Positions 20,686 through 29,359 of a stretch of 64,000 nucleotides of DNA are shown in pieces. Every line of letters starts with the position of its first letter. Position 1 is the first letter of the stretch. Below the pieces are notes generated by a model. The model ran no database searches, was not told where the DNA came from, and saw nothing but the letters and a program-made list of their open reading frames with translations. The stretch is from the IMG/VR virus record IMGVR_UViG_3300030109_004112; one strand, written 5' to 3'. This DNA comes from an uncultured virus (IMG/VR IMGVR_UViG_3300030109_004112) (Duplodnaviria; Heunggongvirae; Uroviricota; Caudoviricetes). Made by a program: the position numbers and the translations under genes.

Positions 20686-21038
20686 GCACCATACCTGTAA
20701 TCATCAAGAATATATTGTTCGTAGTTTTCGGAGAGTCCCCAAATAGTAGGCTCTCCCCTTTTCTTGTAAACAGGGGTTACTCCGCCGTGTCTTGAAAGTT
20801 TGGCGGCCAACTGATTAATCGAGGGACATGACTTGGTAGTCTTCACTAGAACATCCCTACCCTTGACTACCTTACCTCTATTAGCCATATATTCCACTGT
20901 CCTGTAAGTCATGTTATTGAGTATCTTCTGCGTACTAGATGGGCCGTTCTCCATGATATATATCAGGGCGGCCCTCATGACACGACTCCTCTTTCGCTGT
21001 CTTGCGTTTCTACCCTTCAATTTATTGAAATCACTCAT
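20682..21038 (-). CDS. Winged-helix (DUF3860-like) protein
   Basis: IMENGPSSTQKIL...PSINQLAAKLSR...TIWGL. Confidence 0.55.
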   Translation of the reverse strand: MSDFNKLKGRNARQRKRSRVMRAALIYIMENGPSSTQKILNNMTYRTVEYMANRGKVVKGRDVLVKTTKSCPSINQLAAKLSRHGGVTPVYKKRGEPTIWGLSENYEQYILDDYRYGA

Positions 21039-22336
21039 GCACTCACCTCTTCGGGGTAGCCGAACCTACAAACCACACCCTTCCTCCCTCTACCGGACTT
21101 CTGCGACTCGTGTTCCGCATACCATCTCTGTGGTATCAAATTATCTTCTATCCATGCCTTAGCCATTTGGTAATCTCCACCGGAAATCATTCTAGAGACT
21201 TCCTTGACAACCTGAGACTTGGGAAGGTCGCGTAGCCAAAAGGTAGTTCTTATCAATTCCAAGTCGGCGTCCATAACTCTCCTTCTCATGGCTAGGGAAT
21301 CATCCAAGATTTTTCGTAGTCTATCATCTACTGTGATTACTAGCGGCTCTCCTCCTCTCCATTCCTCTTTCATCATGTGATAACCAATACAAATCCTACG
21401 GAAAAGGTCTGCCTCATACGACCTAACATCGGGACGCTCTATCCACTCGGCCACGTCGTCAGTAAATATTACTCCTTGGGGTGGGTTAGCGACAGCATCC
21501 TCCATCCTAGTACGAACCCAATTCCTTATCTCTATCGTCTTGTTAGCGAGTTTGATTCGTTCCTCGTTCCCCATATTGGATTGTTTGTGTTGGGCCTCCT
21601 TATATTGTCTTTCCTTCTCCGGGGTCATCTCTATGTCTATGATAAAGAAGCGTCGGTCTAGCCCGGAGTCTAACTCAAACCTCGCTGGCTGTGTACCGGC
21701 CCATATGGTATAACGGGTAGTGTAGTTAACCCAACCCGCCTTCATAGCCTTCTGTACCCTTCCATTATCTAGAGAGGTAAGAAGTTGGTTCTTCATATCA
21801 AGGCTATGGTCTTTCTTAGCCGCATCACTCATGGAAGAAAACTCCTCAAAACCCAAGAAGCCCCCACACATCTCTCTAGCAATCGGCCTACCCATGATAT
21901 TACCTTCCTCATCAACGCTACCAAACATACCTGCTTCGGTAATAGAGTTGGCTCCCATCATAGTATTGAACCCCTGTCCTACATCAGCATTATCACTGTA
22001 TATCAAACCAGTTCTTTCGGCCAAGAACATTAGTATGAGGATGGACTTACCACTCCCCTTCTTACCCCTTAGCATTATGTGTATTCTAGTGTCGGGTAAC
22101 TGGGACATGGGTGTATAGAAGGGCATGTTGTTATGCCTCATGGGGCAATTGGGGATGGTGAAATCCTTTTCCGCATCCACATAAGGACTGAGGGGGTCGA
22201 AGTCACACCTACTACACTTGTTTAGTGTATTGAAGATGTGTGCGCCTATGGAACAGACGAAAACATCTAACTTGTCGTCAACATCAACATAGTGATTTTC
22301 CCTAGCGAAGCCCGATACTTCCTCAAATATATTCAT
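21035..22336 (-). CDS. mcm: MCM-like AAA+ helicase (short form)
   Basis: IMLRGKKGSGKS, SITEAGMFGSV, LGFEEFSSM, LLTSLDNG, GLDRRF arginine finger. Confidence 0.75.
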   Translation of the reverse strand: MNIFEEVSGFARENHYVDVDDKLDVFVCSIGAHIFNTLNKCSRCDFDPLSPYVDAEKDFTIPNCPMRHNNMPFYTPMSQLPDTRIHIMLRGKKGSGKSILILMFLAERTGLIYSDNADVGQGFNTMMGANSITEAGMFGSVDEEGNIMGRPIAREMCGGFLGFEEFSSMSDAAKKDHSLDMKNQLLTSLDNGRVQKAMKAGWVNYTTRYTIWAGTQPARFELDSGLDRRFFIIDIEMTPEKERQYKEAQHKQSNMGNEERIKLANKTIEIRNWVRTRMEDAVANPPQGVIFTDDVAEWIERPDVRSYEADLFRRICIGYHMMKEEWRGGEPLVITVDDRLRKILDDSLAMRRRVMDADLELIRTTFWLRDLPKSQVVKEVSRMISGGDYQMAKAWIEDNLIPQRWYAEHESQKSGRGRKGVVCRFGYPEEVSA

Positions 22337-23190
22337 CCAAACATCCCTCCTCCCCCATGCGAGGAGTTCTCAAATCCACTCATGAATATATCAATCGGGT
22401 TAGAATCATCGAGGTGCTGTGAGAAATCAAATATGGCAGACATGACCGTATCTAATCTTTCCTCGTCACAAGAGAGTCCTAACACATCGCCACAATATTC
22501 CTTCATGCTTTCTATGGAATCCTTATCGACTAGAGCGAATGAAGATGAGGAAATAACCACCCAAGCACCTATTTCATCCCTAGTAGAGAAGGACGTGAAT
22601 ATTTCGGGGAAGAGCCATGCAGGGGTAGAGAGTATTATGTCTTTGTTAATTATCCTACCTCCTGTGGTCATTGCGCTCTCCTTCTTGAAGACATAATCAA
22701 ATACTGCTATCTCTCCTTCGTTTATCGAATCAGTGGTGTTAGATGTACTGAAAAGACTCATGGTATCGGTAGCCAAGTAAGTCAGTTGGTCTACACCAAG
22801 GGGGTCTAGTGCCATGATAACATCTCTGATAACTGGGTATGAAAATATCCACACTGACTTGTTAGCAGTTTCTTCAAGGGACGGTTCTACATCTGCAAAA
22901 TGAGTGAGTCTCAATATGAAGAACCTGTCCCCCTCATCATTGTCTCTTTGATATAATCTCCATTCGGGGAAAAGCGGCTCCGGTATATGATTGAGGGCGG
23001 GAGCCGAGTGAAGCCTAGAATATATTTTGGCTATTGGTTCCTCTTGGCCGATAAGTCCCATCCCTGTAATGAAGGGGCAGAAGCCCACCTCCGTTTGGTT
23101 GAACACCACCAAGTGGGTTTGCTTCTCCTCCGGCTTTCCATTCATCCATACTATGTCTGTGTCTGTCAATTGTTGTATCTCCTTTACCAT
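22333..23190 (-). CDS. PAC2/PbaA-PbaB-like proteasome assembly chaperone homologue
   Basis: Pattern VG...IAKIYS...P.WRLY...ALDPLGVDQLTYLA...VLGLSCDEERL; C-terminal GGMFG resembles an HbYX tail. Confidence 0.55.
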   Translation of the reverse strand: MVKEIQQLTDTDIVWMNGKPEEKQTHLVVFNQTEVGFCPFITGMGLIGQEEPIAKIYSRLHSAPALNHIPEPLFPEWRLYQRDNDEGDRFFILRLTHFADVEPSLEETANKSVWIFSYPVIRDVIMALDPLGVDQLTYLATDTMSLFSTSNTTDSINEGEIAVFDYVFKKESAMTTGGRIINKDIILSTPAWLFPEIFTSFSTRDEIGAWVVISSSSFALVDKDSIESMKEYCGDVLGLSCDEERLDTVMSAIFDFSQHLDDSNPIDIFMSGFENSSHGGGGMFG

Positions 23191-23720
23191 TCTATCCCAC
23201 TCTCCTTTACGTGTCTTCTGATGAAATCCGGAAACTTACTTAGTGGTTTGTTAGTTGCCTTCAATCTAGGAACCAATACATCTAGGGGAATCGCTTCATA
23301 GAGTGCGTCCCTGCCCTGCGTTACTTTCCGAAAGTAGGTTCCCCCGTTGCCCCTACACCCGGCTAGAATACTACTTACCGAGTGCACGTTGGCGTCATCT
23401 CCTTTCTTGAGAGCCCTAGAAGAGAAATAGTATCTCTTCTCTCCCTTCCTATGTACTTCCTTCTTCACGGTTCCATCGGAGTACCTGTAATAATCTACTA
23501 TTGTACCAACCTCATATTTTCTAGACTTATTGGTAGTCCCGTATGAGGGGTGGGAAGTATCTTCGCCCTGTCCTCTTTGGTCCTTGGAAACGTAAGTCCC
23601 ATTCCTGACTTTCCTAACTCGTGTATTTAGGATATCGGTTAGTTCCCTTGCTGACTGGGGACCGTCGGCCATCAACCTATGCCAAAGCCAAGCCTTCAAT
23701 CTCTTCTTACCCTTCGCCAT
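23184..23720 (-). CDS. Winged-helix (DUF3860-like) protein with insertion
   Basis: LMADGPQSARELTDILN...NVHSVSSILAG...FRKV; GGTGAT RBS before MAKGKK. Confidence 0.55.
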   Translation of the reverse strand: MAKGKKRLKAWLWHRLMADGPQSARELTDILNTRVRKVRNGTYVSKDQRGQGEDTSHPSYGTTNKSRKYEVGTIVDYYRYSDGTVKKEVHRKGEKRYYFSSRALKKGDDANVHSVSSILAGCRGNGGTYFRKVTQGRDALYEAIPLDVLVPRLKATNKPLSKFPDFIRRHVKESGIEW

Positions 23721-23809
23721 ATCATCACCTGTCTTCATCTGTATTTAATTATTCTTTTGTTTCGTCCCCGCACAGAAGTAATAAATCGCTACACTGCTAG
23801 GTTATCCTC

Positions 23810-23899
23810 TAATTGTTTTATTTCCTCAAAGGTATGTAGAAGGAATAGTAAGGGGCTTACCTAAACACACTATTGAAGAAATAAAACAATTACAGAAAA
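23810..23899. repeat. AT-rich inverted-repeat element A (homologue of 46077-46162)
   Basis: Arms TAATTGTTTTATTTCCTCAA (23810-23829) and TTGAAGAAATAAAACAATTA (23873-23892), 1 mismatch in 20. Confidence 0.75.
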
Positions 23900-23912
23900 C
23901 GCTGCACTGCTC

Positions 23913-24719
23913 TCAACTTATTTTGTCTCTAGGCCCACAGAATGATAAAAACAATTCGTGTTCTATCCTGTTTTGCTCGTGGAGAGATAGTTTCGGGGAC
24001 ACTCCCCTAAACTGCGTGTTGGTGTGAGGCTTACGTATATACCAGTGCATAGCAAGCGCGGAAATGTAATTGGAAATAGTTTCGGATAACAAGTCCTTGC
24101 TTATCTTGCTAGGCTCCTTGTTTATGATAGTGTAGGGCAACGGCTGTACCGTCAAGCCATTGGGCAGTGAGTACCTTCCCCTGACCATGACCCTCTTGCC
24201 TAGAATTAGTATTTGTAGGCTATGATTCTCGTCGCTGTTTATCTGAATCGTAGGGTAGTTTGCTACCAAGTGAGAATCGTTCTCAGTGGTAACAGTTGTG
24301 TTTAGGAATGAGATACTAGCGTTGGGCCAGTGGGGAAAGATGAAGTCCTGTATCTCCTTTCTGAATGCCTTGTAAGTCTCGCTCCCCGCCGCCTTTCCTA
24401 CCGTCACAATTTCCCCATCAGTGTGGTAGATAGATTCCTCTACACCGAACAGGAAACTGACTGAGTTTTCAGTCGCTTCCTCTAGGTAGTCCTCAATCAA
24501 CTCCTTCATAGGAATCATAGAAGACATATGTATTAATTCTGATTTGGTGAGTCCGTAACCACCCTCATTACTACATAGGTTCAATATACTCTTTACGGTA
24601 TTCCACCTAACCGCATCCAATGTAAAGAAGCCGTCCACTTCTAAGAGGATTCTTAGGGGGTGTGGGTCTGCCCTTACAACCTTCACTGTTGATGCCTTGA
24701 AAGGGCCATAGTATCTCAT
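23913..24719 (-). CDS. Hypothetical protein
   Basis: ORF; start refined to MRYYGPFK by ATGA overlap. Confidence 0.6.
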   Translation of the reverse strand: MRYYGPFKASTVKVVRADPHPLRILLEVDGFFTLDAVRWNTVKSILNLCSNEGGYGLTKSELIHMSSMIPMKELIEDYLEEATENSVSFLFGVEESIYHTDGEIVTVGKAAGSETYKAFRKEIQDFIFPHWPNASISFLNTTVTTENDSHLVANYPTIQINSDENHSLQILILGKRVMVRGRYSLPNGLTVQPLPYTIINKEPSKISKDLLSETISNYISALAMHWYIRKPHTNTQFRGVSPKLSLHEQNRIEHELFLSFCGPRDKIS

Positions 24720-24895
24720 ATATCCCACACCACGTCTGCTTCTGCTCCACACTGATGACACACTAGCGTACCAAAAATATGGTGGTACGTAGATTGCTCA
24801 TGCGTACAATCGAAAAATTTCTTCATTCTCGCGGCGTATGCCTTGTCGTCTGCTATCTCTCTTGCCTTTCCCTGTATTCCTTCTTCGTCTTCCAT
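24716..24895 (-). CDS. Small Zn-finger protein (59 aa, not in ORF track)
   Basis: Manual translation MEDEEGIQ...DCTHEQ...LVCHQCGAEADVVWDI. Confidence 0.6.
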   Translation of the reverse strand: MEDEEGIQGKAREIADDKAYAARMKKFFDCTHEQSTYHHIFGTLVCHQCGAEADVVWDI

Positions 24896-24896
24896 T

Positions 24897-25205
24897 CTAA
24901 GTCCTCCTTTCTACCCAATCGGTATATTGTTTGATGTTTTCCATTTTGTAGAGTTTTCTCCCGTACTGGGGTCTTCCGTCGTTTGTTAGTGCGCCGTATT
25001 TCTTAGCGTCTTCCATGCCCTGTATCTTGATGAAGTTGATACCTCTAGCACCTCTCAGTAACATAGTCACTTGGTTGGTACTAGATGCTGTCCTCACAAG
25101 ACCTGTCTCATTCAATCGGAATGTGATTTGAGAAGCGGTTAGTACCTCCCCGTCGGAGAGGATAGAACCAATATGTCTTCTAGTCATTATGTGTCGCCTA
25201 CTCAT
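24897..25205 (-). CDS. Winged-helix (DUF3860-like) protein
   Basis: ILSDGEVLTASQITFRLN...SSTNQVTMLLRG; GAGGT RBS. Confidence 0.6.
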   Translation of the reverse strand: MSRRHIMTRRHIGSILSDGEVLTASQITFRLNETGLVRTASSTNQVTMLLRGARGINFIKIQGMEDAKKYGALTNDGRPQYGRKLYKMENIKQYTDWVERRT

Positions 25206-25223
25206 ATTATTACCTCGTTAGTT

Positions 25224-25309
25224 TGGTGGGGGAGGAGGGAGGTGCTGTGGGGATGGTCAAGCACCCACCTCGTCAGCCGTCAACCGGTCCTTCTAACCCT
25301 CCCCTCCCC
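25224..25309 (-). ncRNA. Candidate structured CCA-ended RNA 2 (86 nt)
   Basis: 5' GGGGAGGGGAGG pairs with 3' CCTCC(CT)CCTCCCC, followed by CACCA; internal GTGGG/CCCAC stem. Confidence 0.5.
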
Positions 25310-25325
25310 TTGTGTCTGTTTTGTT

Positions 25326-25446
25326 TGGTGGAGGGGGGTGTGGTGAGATGGAGAGAAGTGAAAAATCCGCCAAGAAAAAGAAACAATCCTTCTCACCTGA
25401 GATGGTTAAACCACCCGTTCCATAGTTGACCCTACTTCCCCCCTCC
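25326..25446 (-). ncRNA. Candidate structured CCA-ended RNA 1 (121 nt)
   Basis: 5' GGAGGGGGG pairs perfectly with CCCCCCTCC followed by ACCA; internal GGTGAGA/TCTCACC stem; 5' end at the inferred start site of the adjacent promoter. Confidence 0.6.
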
Positions 25447-25467
25447 GTAAATGCCTCGATGCCTTAG

Positions 25468-25495
25468 TTATTAAACCTTTTGTTTCGGTGAGTTT
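25468..25495 (-). promoter_or_regulatory. Conserved viral promoter element, copy 2
   Basis: Minus strand AAACTCACCGAAACAAAAGGTTTAATAA. Confidence 0.75.
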
Positions 25496-25835
25496 ATTTA
25501 GACTTCACCCTTTGTCGTACTGCGGCAAACCGCTTCACTAAGTCCCTATATGACTTGGTGGAGGTTTGTGTTCTAGGAGCGGCTACTCCTAACCAATTGT
25601 ACCCGTCGCTGATTAACTGTTCTAGTGTCTGTATTTGTTCCTCACAGTTATCCGTCTTGCTAATGCGAGACGATTTGTAATTATCTACGTCGTTATCATT
25701 TTTAGTCCCCACGAAACCACACTGGGCACACACCACTAATGGTAACTCTAGGTTTTCGATTTCGTAGATAGTGCCGTCATCACACCAACAAGTTCCATAA
25801 GTCTTCATGTTTGGGGGTGGTCTGTATTTCTTCAT
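25494..25835 (-). CDS. Zn-ribbon protein
   Basis: CWC...CAQCG. Confidence 0.55.
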   Translation of the reverse strand: MKKYRPPPNMKTYGTCWCDDGTIYEIENLELPLVVCAQCGFVGTKNDNDVDNYKSSRISKTDNCEEQIQTLEQLISDGYNWLGVAAPRTQTSTKSYRDLVKRFAAVRQRVKSK

Positions 25836-25836
25836 C

Positions 25837-26334
25837 CTACTCTTCCCCCTGCTCCACTAAGTCCCATGCTTCATCTGTAAATGGAAAGTCGTGAGACACT
25901 ATACACACCGGGGGTATTGGTGAACTATTATCAGGGAAAGAAAGTTTCTTGTATTCTTTGCCAAGAACCGAGAATCTATCAGGGTAGTGGTGTTGAAAGT
26001 AAGATGAACGGATGGTGTACATCTGCTCTGCGTCTAACAGTAATGAATGGGTGATGCTTCCTTCATTCTCCAATTCCTTATCGAAGCGAATAAAATATCT
26101 TAGCGCAATTTTACTCAAATAAGGTTTATAGACAATTAGCACAAAGGGTTGCGGGCCATATACGGCAAAGGTGTTACTTAGAGTCGCTGACGAAGTATGC
26201 ACCGTAAATACAGGTGGTTCACCGGCAACAGAGTCTTTCTCGTATGTCCTGAATGTGGCGATGGCCGCGTTTAATAACGTAATCTTTTCCTCCGTTGTTT
26301 CGGGCCATATATCTTGGTAATGCTTCACACTCAT
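25837..26334 (-). CDS. Hypothetical protein
   Basis: ATGA-coupled, GAGGTGA RBS. Confidence 0.55.
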   Translation of the reverse strand: MSVKHYQDIWPETTEEKITLLNAAIATFRTYEKDSVAGEPPVFTVHTSSATLSNTFAVYGPQPFVLIVYKPYLSKIALRYFIRFDKELENEGSITHSLLLDAEQMYTIRSSYFQHHYPDRFSVLGKEYKKLSFPDNSSPIPPVCIVSHDFPFTDEAWDLVEQGEE

Positions 26335-26927
26335 ACTCCAATCACCTCCGGTATCTCCCACCAATCAGGTGGGTTTGTGTGTCGGTAATGCACACCACCC
26401 TTGCTGTCTGCTTTGCTGTGGTAGTAACGACGGTATGCTTGAACCGCATCATCACCGCTTGCGTGGCTAATGAAAGTAAAGTCATCGTTAGGCACTACAT
26501 CAAATGGCGCACCTATATGTTCGTTCAAGTGTGGTCTGAAATCATCGGGCATAGCGAGAGCAAACGGCGTTAGGTCGCCTTCGGGAATCATCTCACTCAT
26601 ACACAACATCTGATAGATTGGATTGTGACAGGCATGGACTTTGCCGAATCTCTTGTTGTATTCGGTGAGTAATGCCTGTGCGTGACGAGCCAACCAATTA
26701 AAGTTGGCACGATTATCTCCCGCCCAAATCGTGCATGGGTGATTTTTGTAACCCCCCAAGTATGGCCGTCCGGCCTTCGTCAACGGCATCTGCTCATCAG
26801 TAGCACCATGTCTACGCAGGGCTGATGCCATCATCTGTGCTGACTCAGTAACCATCTTAGGCACTCTCACGCAGTCCATCGCCTGTGCTGACTTCACTGG
26901 GTTCTCGTCTAGTACGAATATGTTCAT
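26331..26927 (-). CDS. Pyrimidine-dimer DNA glycosylase-like (Pyr_excise family)
   Basis: MNIFVLD...KMVTESAQMM...HPCTIW...EYNKRFGKVH...AMPD...AYRRYY. Confidence 0.8.
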   Translation of the reverse strand: MNIFVLDENPVKSAQAMDCVRVPKMVTESAQMMASALRRHGATDEQMPLTKAGRPYLGGYKNHPCTIWAGDNRANFNWLARHAQALLTEYNKRFGKVHACHNPIYQMLCMSEMIPEGDLTPFALAMPDDFRPHLNEHIGAPFDVVPNDDFTFISHASGDDAVQAYRRYYHSKADSKGGVHYRHTNPPDWWEIPEVIGV

Positions 26928-26929
26928 TC

Positions 26930-27241
26930 TTACTCACTCCTTAGAACCGTATGTTCAGCGATAACAGCATCCTTAGCCAAACCCGACCTCATCCAAGTCG
27001 TTATTGTTATTAGACTAGTTAAATCATACTTGAGATTTGTACTTGAAGTCGTGAAAATCGTTCCCGACTTCAAGTGTATGGATATCCGCCGCAGTTTATC
27101 CCCGTATTTGCCTAATCCTGTATCCACCTCGGTAACTGCGGCTATTTCTCGTATGTCTAGGAAGGTTCTTCCACTCTCGGTATTTATCTCATGGATGAAT
27201 CCTGAGACATCAGTATATGGTAACGGCCATTTCTCACTCAT
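26930..27241 (-). CDS. Hypothetical protein
   Basis: Tightly packed ORF. Confidence 0.55.
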   Translation of the reverse strand: MSEKWPLPYTDVSGFIHEINTESGRTFLDIREIAAVTEVDTGLGKYGDKLRRISIHLKSGTIFTTSSTNLKYDLTSLITITTWMRSGLAKDAVIAEHTVLRSE

Positions 27242-27451
27242 TCACTCGTCCTCCGGGTACATTATTTCATAGGCCCAGTTTTGTTGGGCTGTTGTGTCTA
27301 TCCCATACTTACTACCATAAACCCTAAAGAAGTCATATACTTGTTGTGCTCCTACGGTTAGGCACATGTCCTCGATTTCGAACTTATCGTAGTCCAAAGG
27401 GTAATTCGCTACGTAACAAGCGGCATGAATCATCTTTGTGTAATCACCCAT
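27242..27451 (-). CDS. Hypothetical protein
   Basis: Abutting ORF, GGAGG RBS. Confidence 0.55.
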   Translation of the reverse strand: MGDYTKMIHAACYVANYPLDYDKFEIEDMCLTVGAQQVYDFFRVYGSKYGIDTTAQQNWAYEIMYPEDE

Positions 27452-27733
27452 TCACTCGTCCTCCTTCAATGAATTAGCAAAGCCTTCCACCGACCAGTGC
27501 CTCCTCAAAGAGAAGTCAGCAAAGTAATCAAAGGAGTCGGTTTCCTTCCTCCACATACCCTCGGTTTCCTCGCCCGCTTCAATTGCATTCCCTCTCCACA
27601 AAAGCGCACCGGTATCGGTAGTCAACTGTTCCGTCAATATTATCAGACGCCCGTTGTGCTCATTCTTCATTATCATTCCAATTTCTATCATTACATTGTC
27701 GTTTATCATTTTTCCACTAATCCTGTATCTCAT
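27452..27733 (-). CDS. Hypothetical protein
   Basis: Abutting ORF. Confidence 0.5.
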   Translation of the reverse strand: MRYRISGKMINDNVMIEIGMIMKNEHNGRLIILTEQLTTDTGALLWRGNAIEAGEETEGMWRKETDSFDYFADFSLRRHWSVEGFANSLKEDE

Positions 27734-27878
27734 AGTCCATATCCATCAACACATCTACGTAATCCAATACGTTTTCTTGTAACCAATCGTATATTGAGCC
27801 ATGCTCTAAATCTCTCGCGTCTATCTTTACTTCTTCGTTTATGTCTATCATTACTTTAACCTTTATTGTTGTCATCAT
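27717..27878 (-). CDS. Small acidic protein (53 aa, not in ORF track)
   Basis: MMTTIKVKVMIDINEEVKID...; GGAGG RBS just downstream of promoter copy 3. Confidence 0.55.
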   Translation of the reverse strand: MMTTIKVKVMIDINEEVKIDARDLEHGSIYDWLQENVLDYVDVLMDMDYEIQD

Positions 27879-27916
27879 TATTCCTCCGGTTCTGTTATCT
27901 CCTCGTGCTCTACCTC

Positions 27917-27942
27917 TATAATCTTTTTGGTTTGGTGAGTTT
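27917..27942 (-). promoter_or_regulatory. Conserved viral promoter element, copy 3
   Basis: Minus strand AAACTCACCAAACCAAAAAGATTATA. Confidence 0.75.
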
Positions 27943-28144
27943 ACTCTTCCTCAGTCTCTATATCCGTACTCAGTGTTTCCCAATTGGTAACGTCTCCGCC
28001 CTTTCTACTTCCGCTAGGGTTTGTATGCCTCACGTCGAAGTGGTGTGCTGCCCATATGTCCCACGCTTCCATCTCATCCTCTGCCTCTATTTCGTAAGTT
28101 ATCTCAACTTGGTGCGTCACTGTATAGGTTTTAGTCTCGCTCAT
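27941..28144 (-). CDS. Small acidic hypothetical protein
   Basis: YTVTHQVEITYEIEAEDEMEA; GGAGG RBS. Confidence 0.6.
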   Translation of the reverse strand: MSETKTYTVTHQVEITYEIEAEDEMEAWDIWAAHHFDVRHTNPSGSRKGGDVTNWETLSTDIETEEE

Positions 28145-28147
28145 GCT

Positions 28148-28357
28148 TCATGCCTCCCTGCCGTAGTACATTTCAAGCAAAATTGAATCATGTGGAATAG
28201 GCTGCCATGAATGTTCAGCAAGAGGTTCGTGAGATGCGTTCAAACCACGGCGTAATGCCCAAGGGAGGCAAGGTTGTCGGCTATTGGTCGCTCCGCAGTT
28301 TTCGCAAAAGGCGTATAACAACTTTCCATCCTTCATGCTCTCGCCCCCTTGGGCCAT
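28148..28357 (-). CDS. Hypothetical protein (CxxC)
   Basis: CENCG; likely start MKDGK. Confidence 0.45.
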   Translation of the reverse strand: MAQGGESMKDGKLLYAFCENCGATNSRQPCLPWALRRGLNASHEPLAEHSWQPIPHDSILLEMYYGREA

Positions 28358-28659
28358 TCTATGTTCTTAGCATAAACGGAACTCCATCTGTTACGGGAAC
28401 CTTCTTTATTCTCTATCCACACTATACCACTTTCCATCTCCTTATTGAGATGGTGATAACCTTCAATGAGACTGAAAAAGTAGCGCGGCGGCATTCTAAC
28501 CACCTTAAGACCGTCATGCGCCGTCCCAGTTACCTTGTGCAGCCTCTTTGGTTTCGGGAATAGTCCATCTGATGTTGTATCTACTGAGGGGGACTTTACG
28601 TATCTTACTCTGTCTTTGAATTTTCCCTTGTGCAGCCTACTCATCCTCTTCATCTCCAT
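28333..28659 (-). CDS. Basic hypothetical protein
   Basis: Overlapping ORF in array. Confidence 0.5.
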   Translation of the reverse strand: MEMKRMSRLHKGKFKDRVRYVKSPSVDTTSDGLFPKPKRLHKVTGTAHDGLKVVRMPPRYFFSLIEGYHHLNKEMESGIVWIENKEGSRNRWSSVYAKNIEWPKGARA

Positions 28660-28843
28660 TTTTCTTTTTGTCGTCTTGGGCTTGGCTCATCTCTACCCAA
28701 TATCTATCTGTTGTTTGTGCTATATCTGAGTACATATGCCAAGCAGCCTCTTCCTCACAATCACCACACCACTCAAGTATTCCCCAAACGGTTTCTTCGT
28801 ACTGTGATGGCTCTCCACAAAACTCACACTCTCCTTCTGTCAT
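28637..28843 (-). CDS. Small Zn-finger protein
   Basis: CEFCG...WCGDC. Confidence 0.55.
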   Translation of the reverse strand: MTEGECEFCGEPSQYEETVWGILEWCGDCEEEAAWHMYSDIAQTTDRYWVEMSQAQDDKKKNGDEEDE

Positions 28844-28845
28844 CT

Positions 28846-29295
28846 TTATTCCCCCTTCCCTAAGAGGTCCGACATACTACCCCCATGTAAGTTTGTTATA
28901 TTGCATTGGTACTGCCCATCATCAGTTACCCACCTATCACTGATACATACTTCAAAGTCTAGGTATAGCCACTCCTTACCACTACTCTCTTGCCTCTCAA
29001 TCATCTGCTTCAAGTCGTTAATTAGTTCTATGCCATAACCACGAACATGGGGTCTTCCCTCAGAGTCTACGTATGTATTCCTACCAAGGCAATCTATGTC
29101 AGGGTAGGTGAACTTCCCTGAGATACTCCGTAGTAAGCCGTAGGCTGCTTCCATGTCCCTACTTTCTATGTTCTCTCTACATCTATTCAGTTCTGTCTGT
29201 AACTCATTCACCCTGTTGTTCAACCAATTAAGGTTCTCCACGTTCTCCTTATCTTCTTTCATCGTTCTTGCATCTGCCATTTCTTCATCAGTCAT
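28846..29295 (-). CDS. Hypothetical protein, N-terminal coiled coil
   Basis: AGGAGG RBS downstream of promoter copy 4. Confidence 0.6.
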   Translation of the reverse strand: MTDEEMADARTMKEDKENVENLNWLNNRVNELQTELNRCRENIESRDMEAAYGLLRSISGKFTYPDIDCLGRNTYVDSEGRPHVRGYGIELINDLKQMIERQESSGKEWLYLDFEVCISDRWVTDDGQYQCNITNLHGGSMSDLLGKGE

Positions 29296-29333
29296 TTCTC
29301 TGCCTCCTGTAAAATCTCCTCGCCGTCCAAGTC

Positions 29334-29359
29334 TTTAATCCTTTTGGTTTGGTGAGTTT
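29334..29359 (-). promoter_or_regulatory. Conserved viral promoter element, copy 4
   Basis: Minus strand AAACTCACCAAACCAAAAGGATTAAA, inside the 3' end of the upstream CDS. Confidence 0.75.

Noticed and set aside
23787..23911. MITE with target-site duplication
   Set aside because: Direct repeats do not abut the inverted arms, I saw none at the second copy, and no transposase is visible
25223..25429. Plus-strand 68-aa ORF
   Set aside because: Antisense to the surrounding unit, low complexity, and better explained by the structured RNA candidates
25224..25446. Canonical tRNA genes
   Set aside because: No recognisable TTCRA T-loop, D-arm or anticodon arm; kept only as ncRNA candidates
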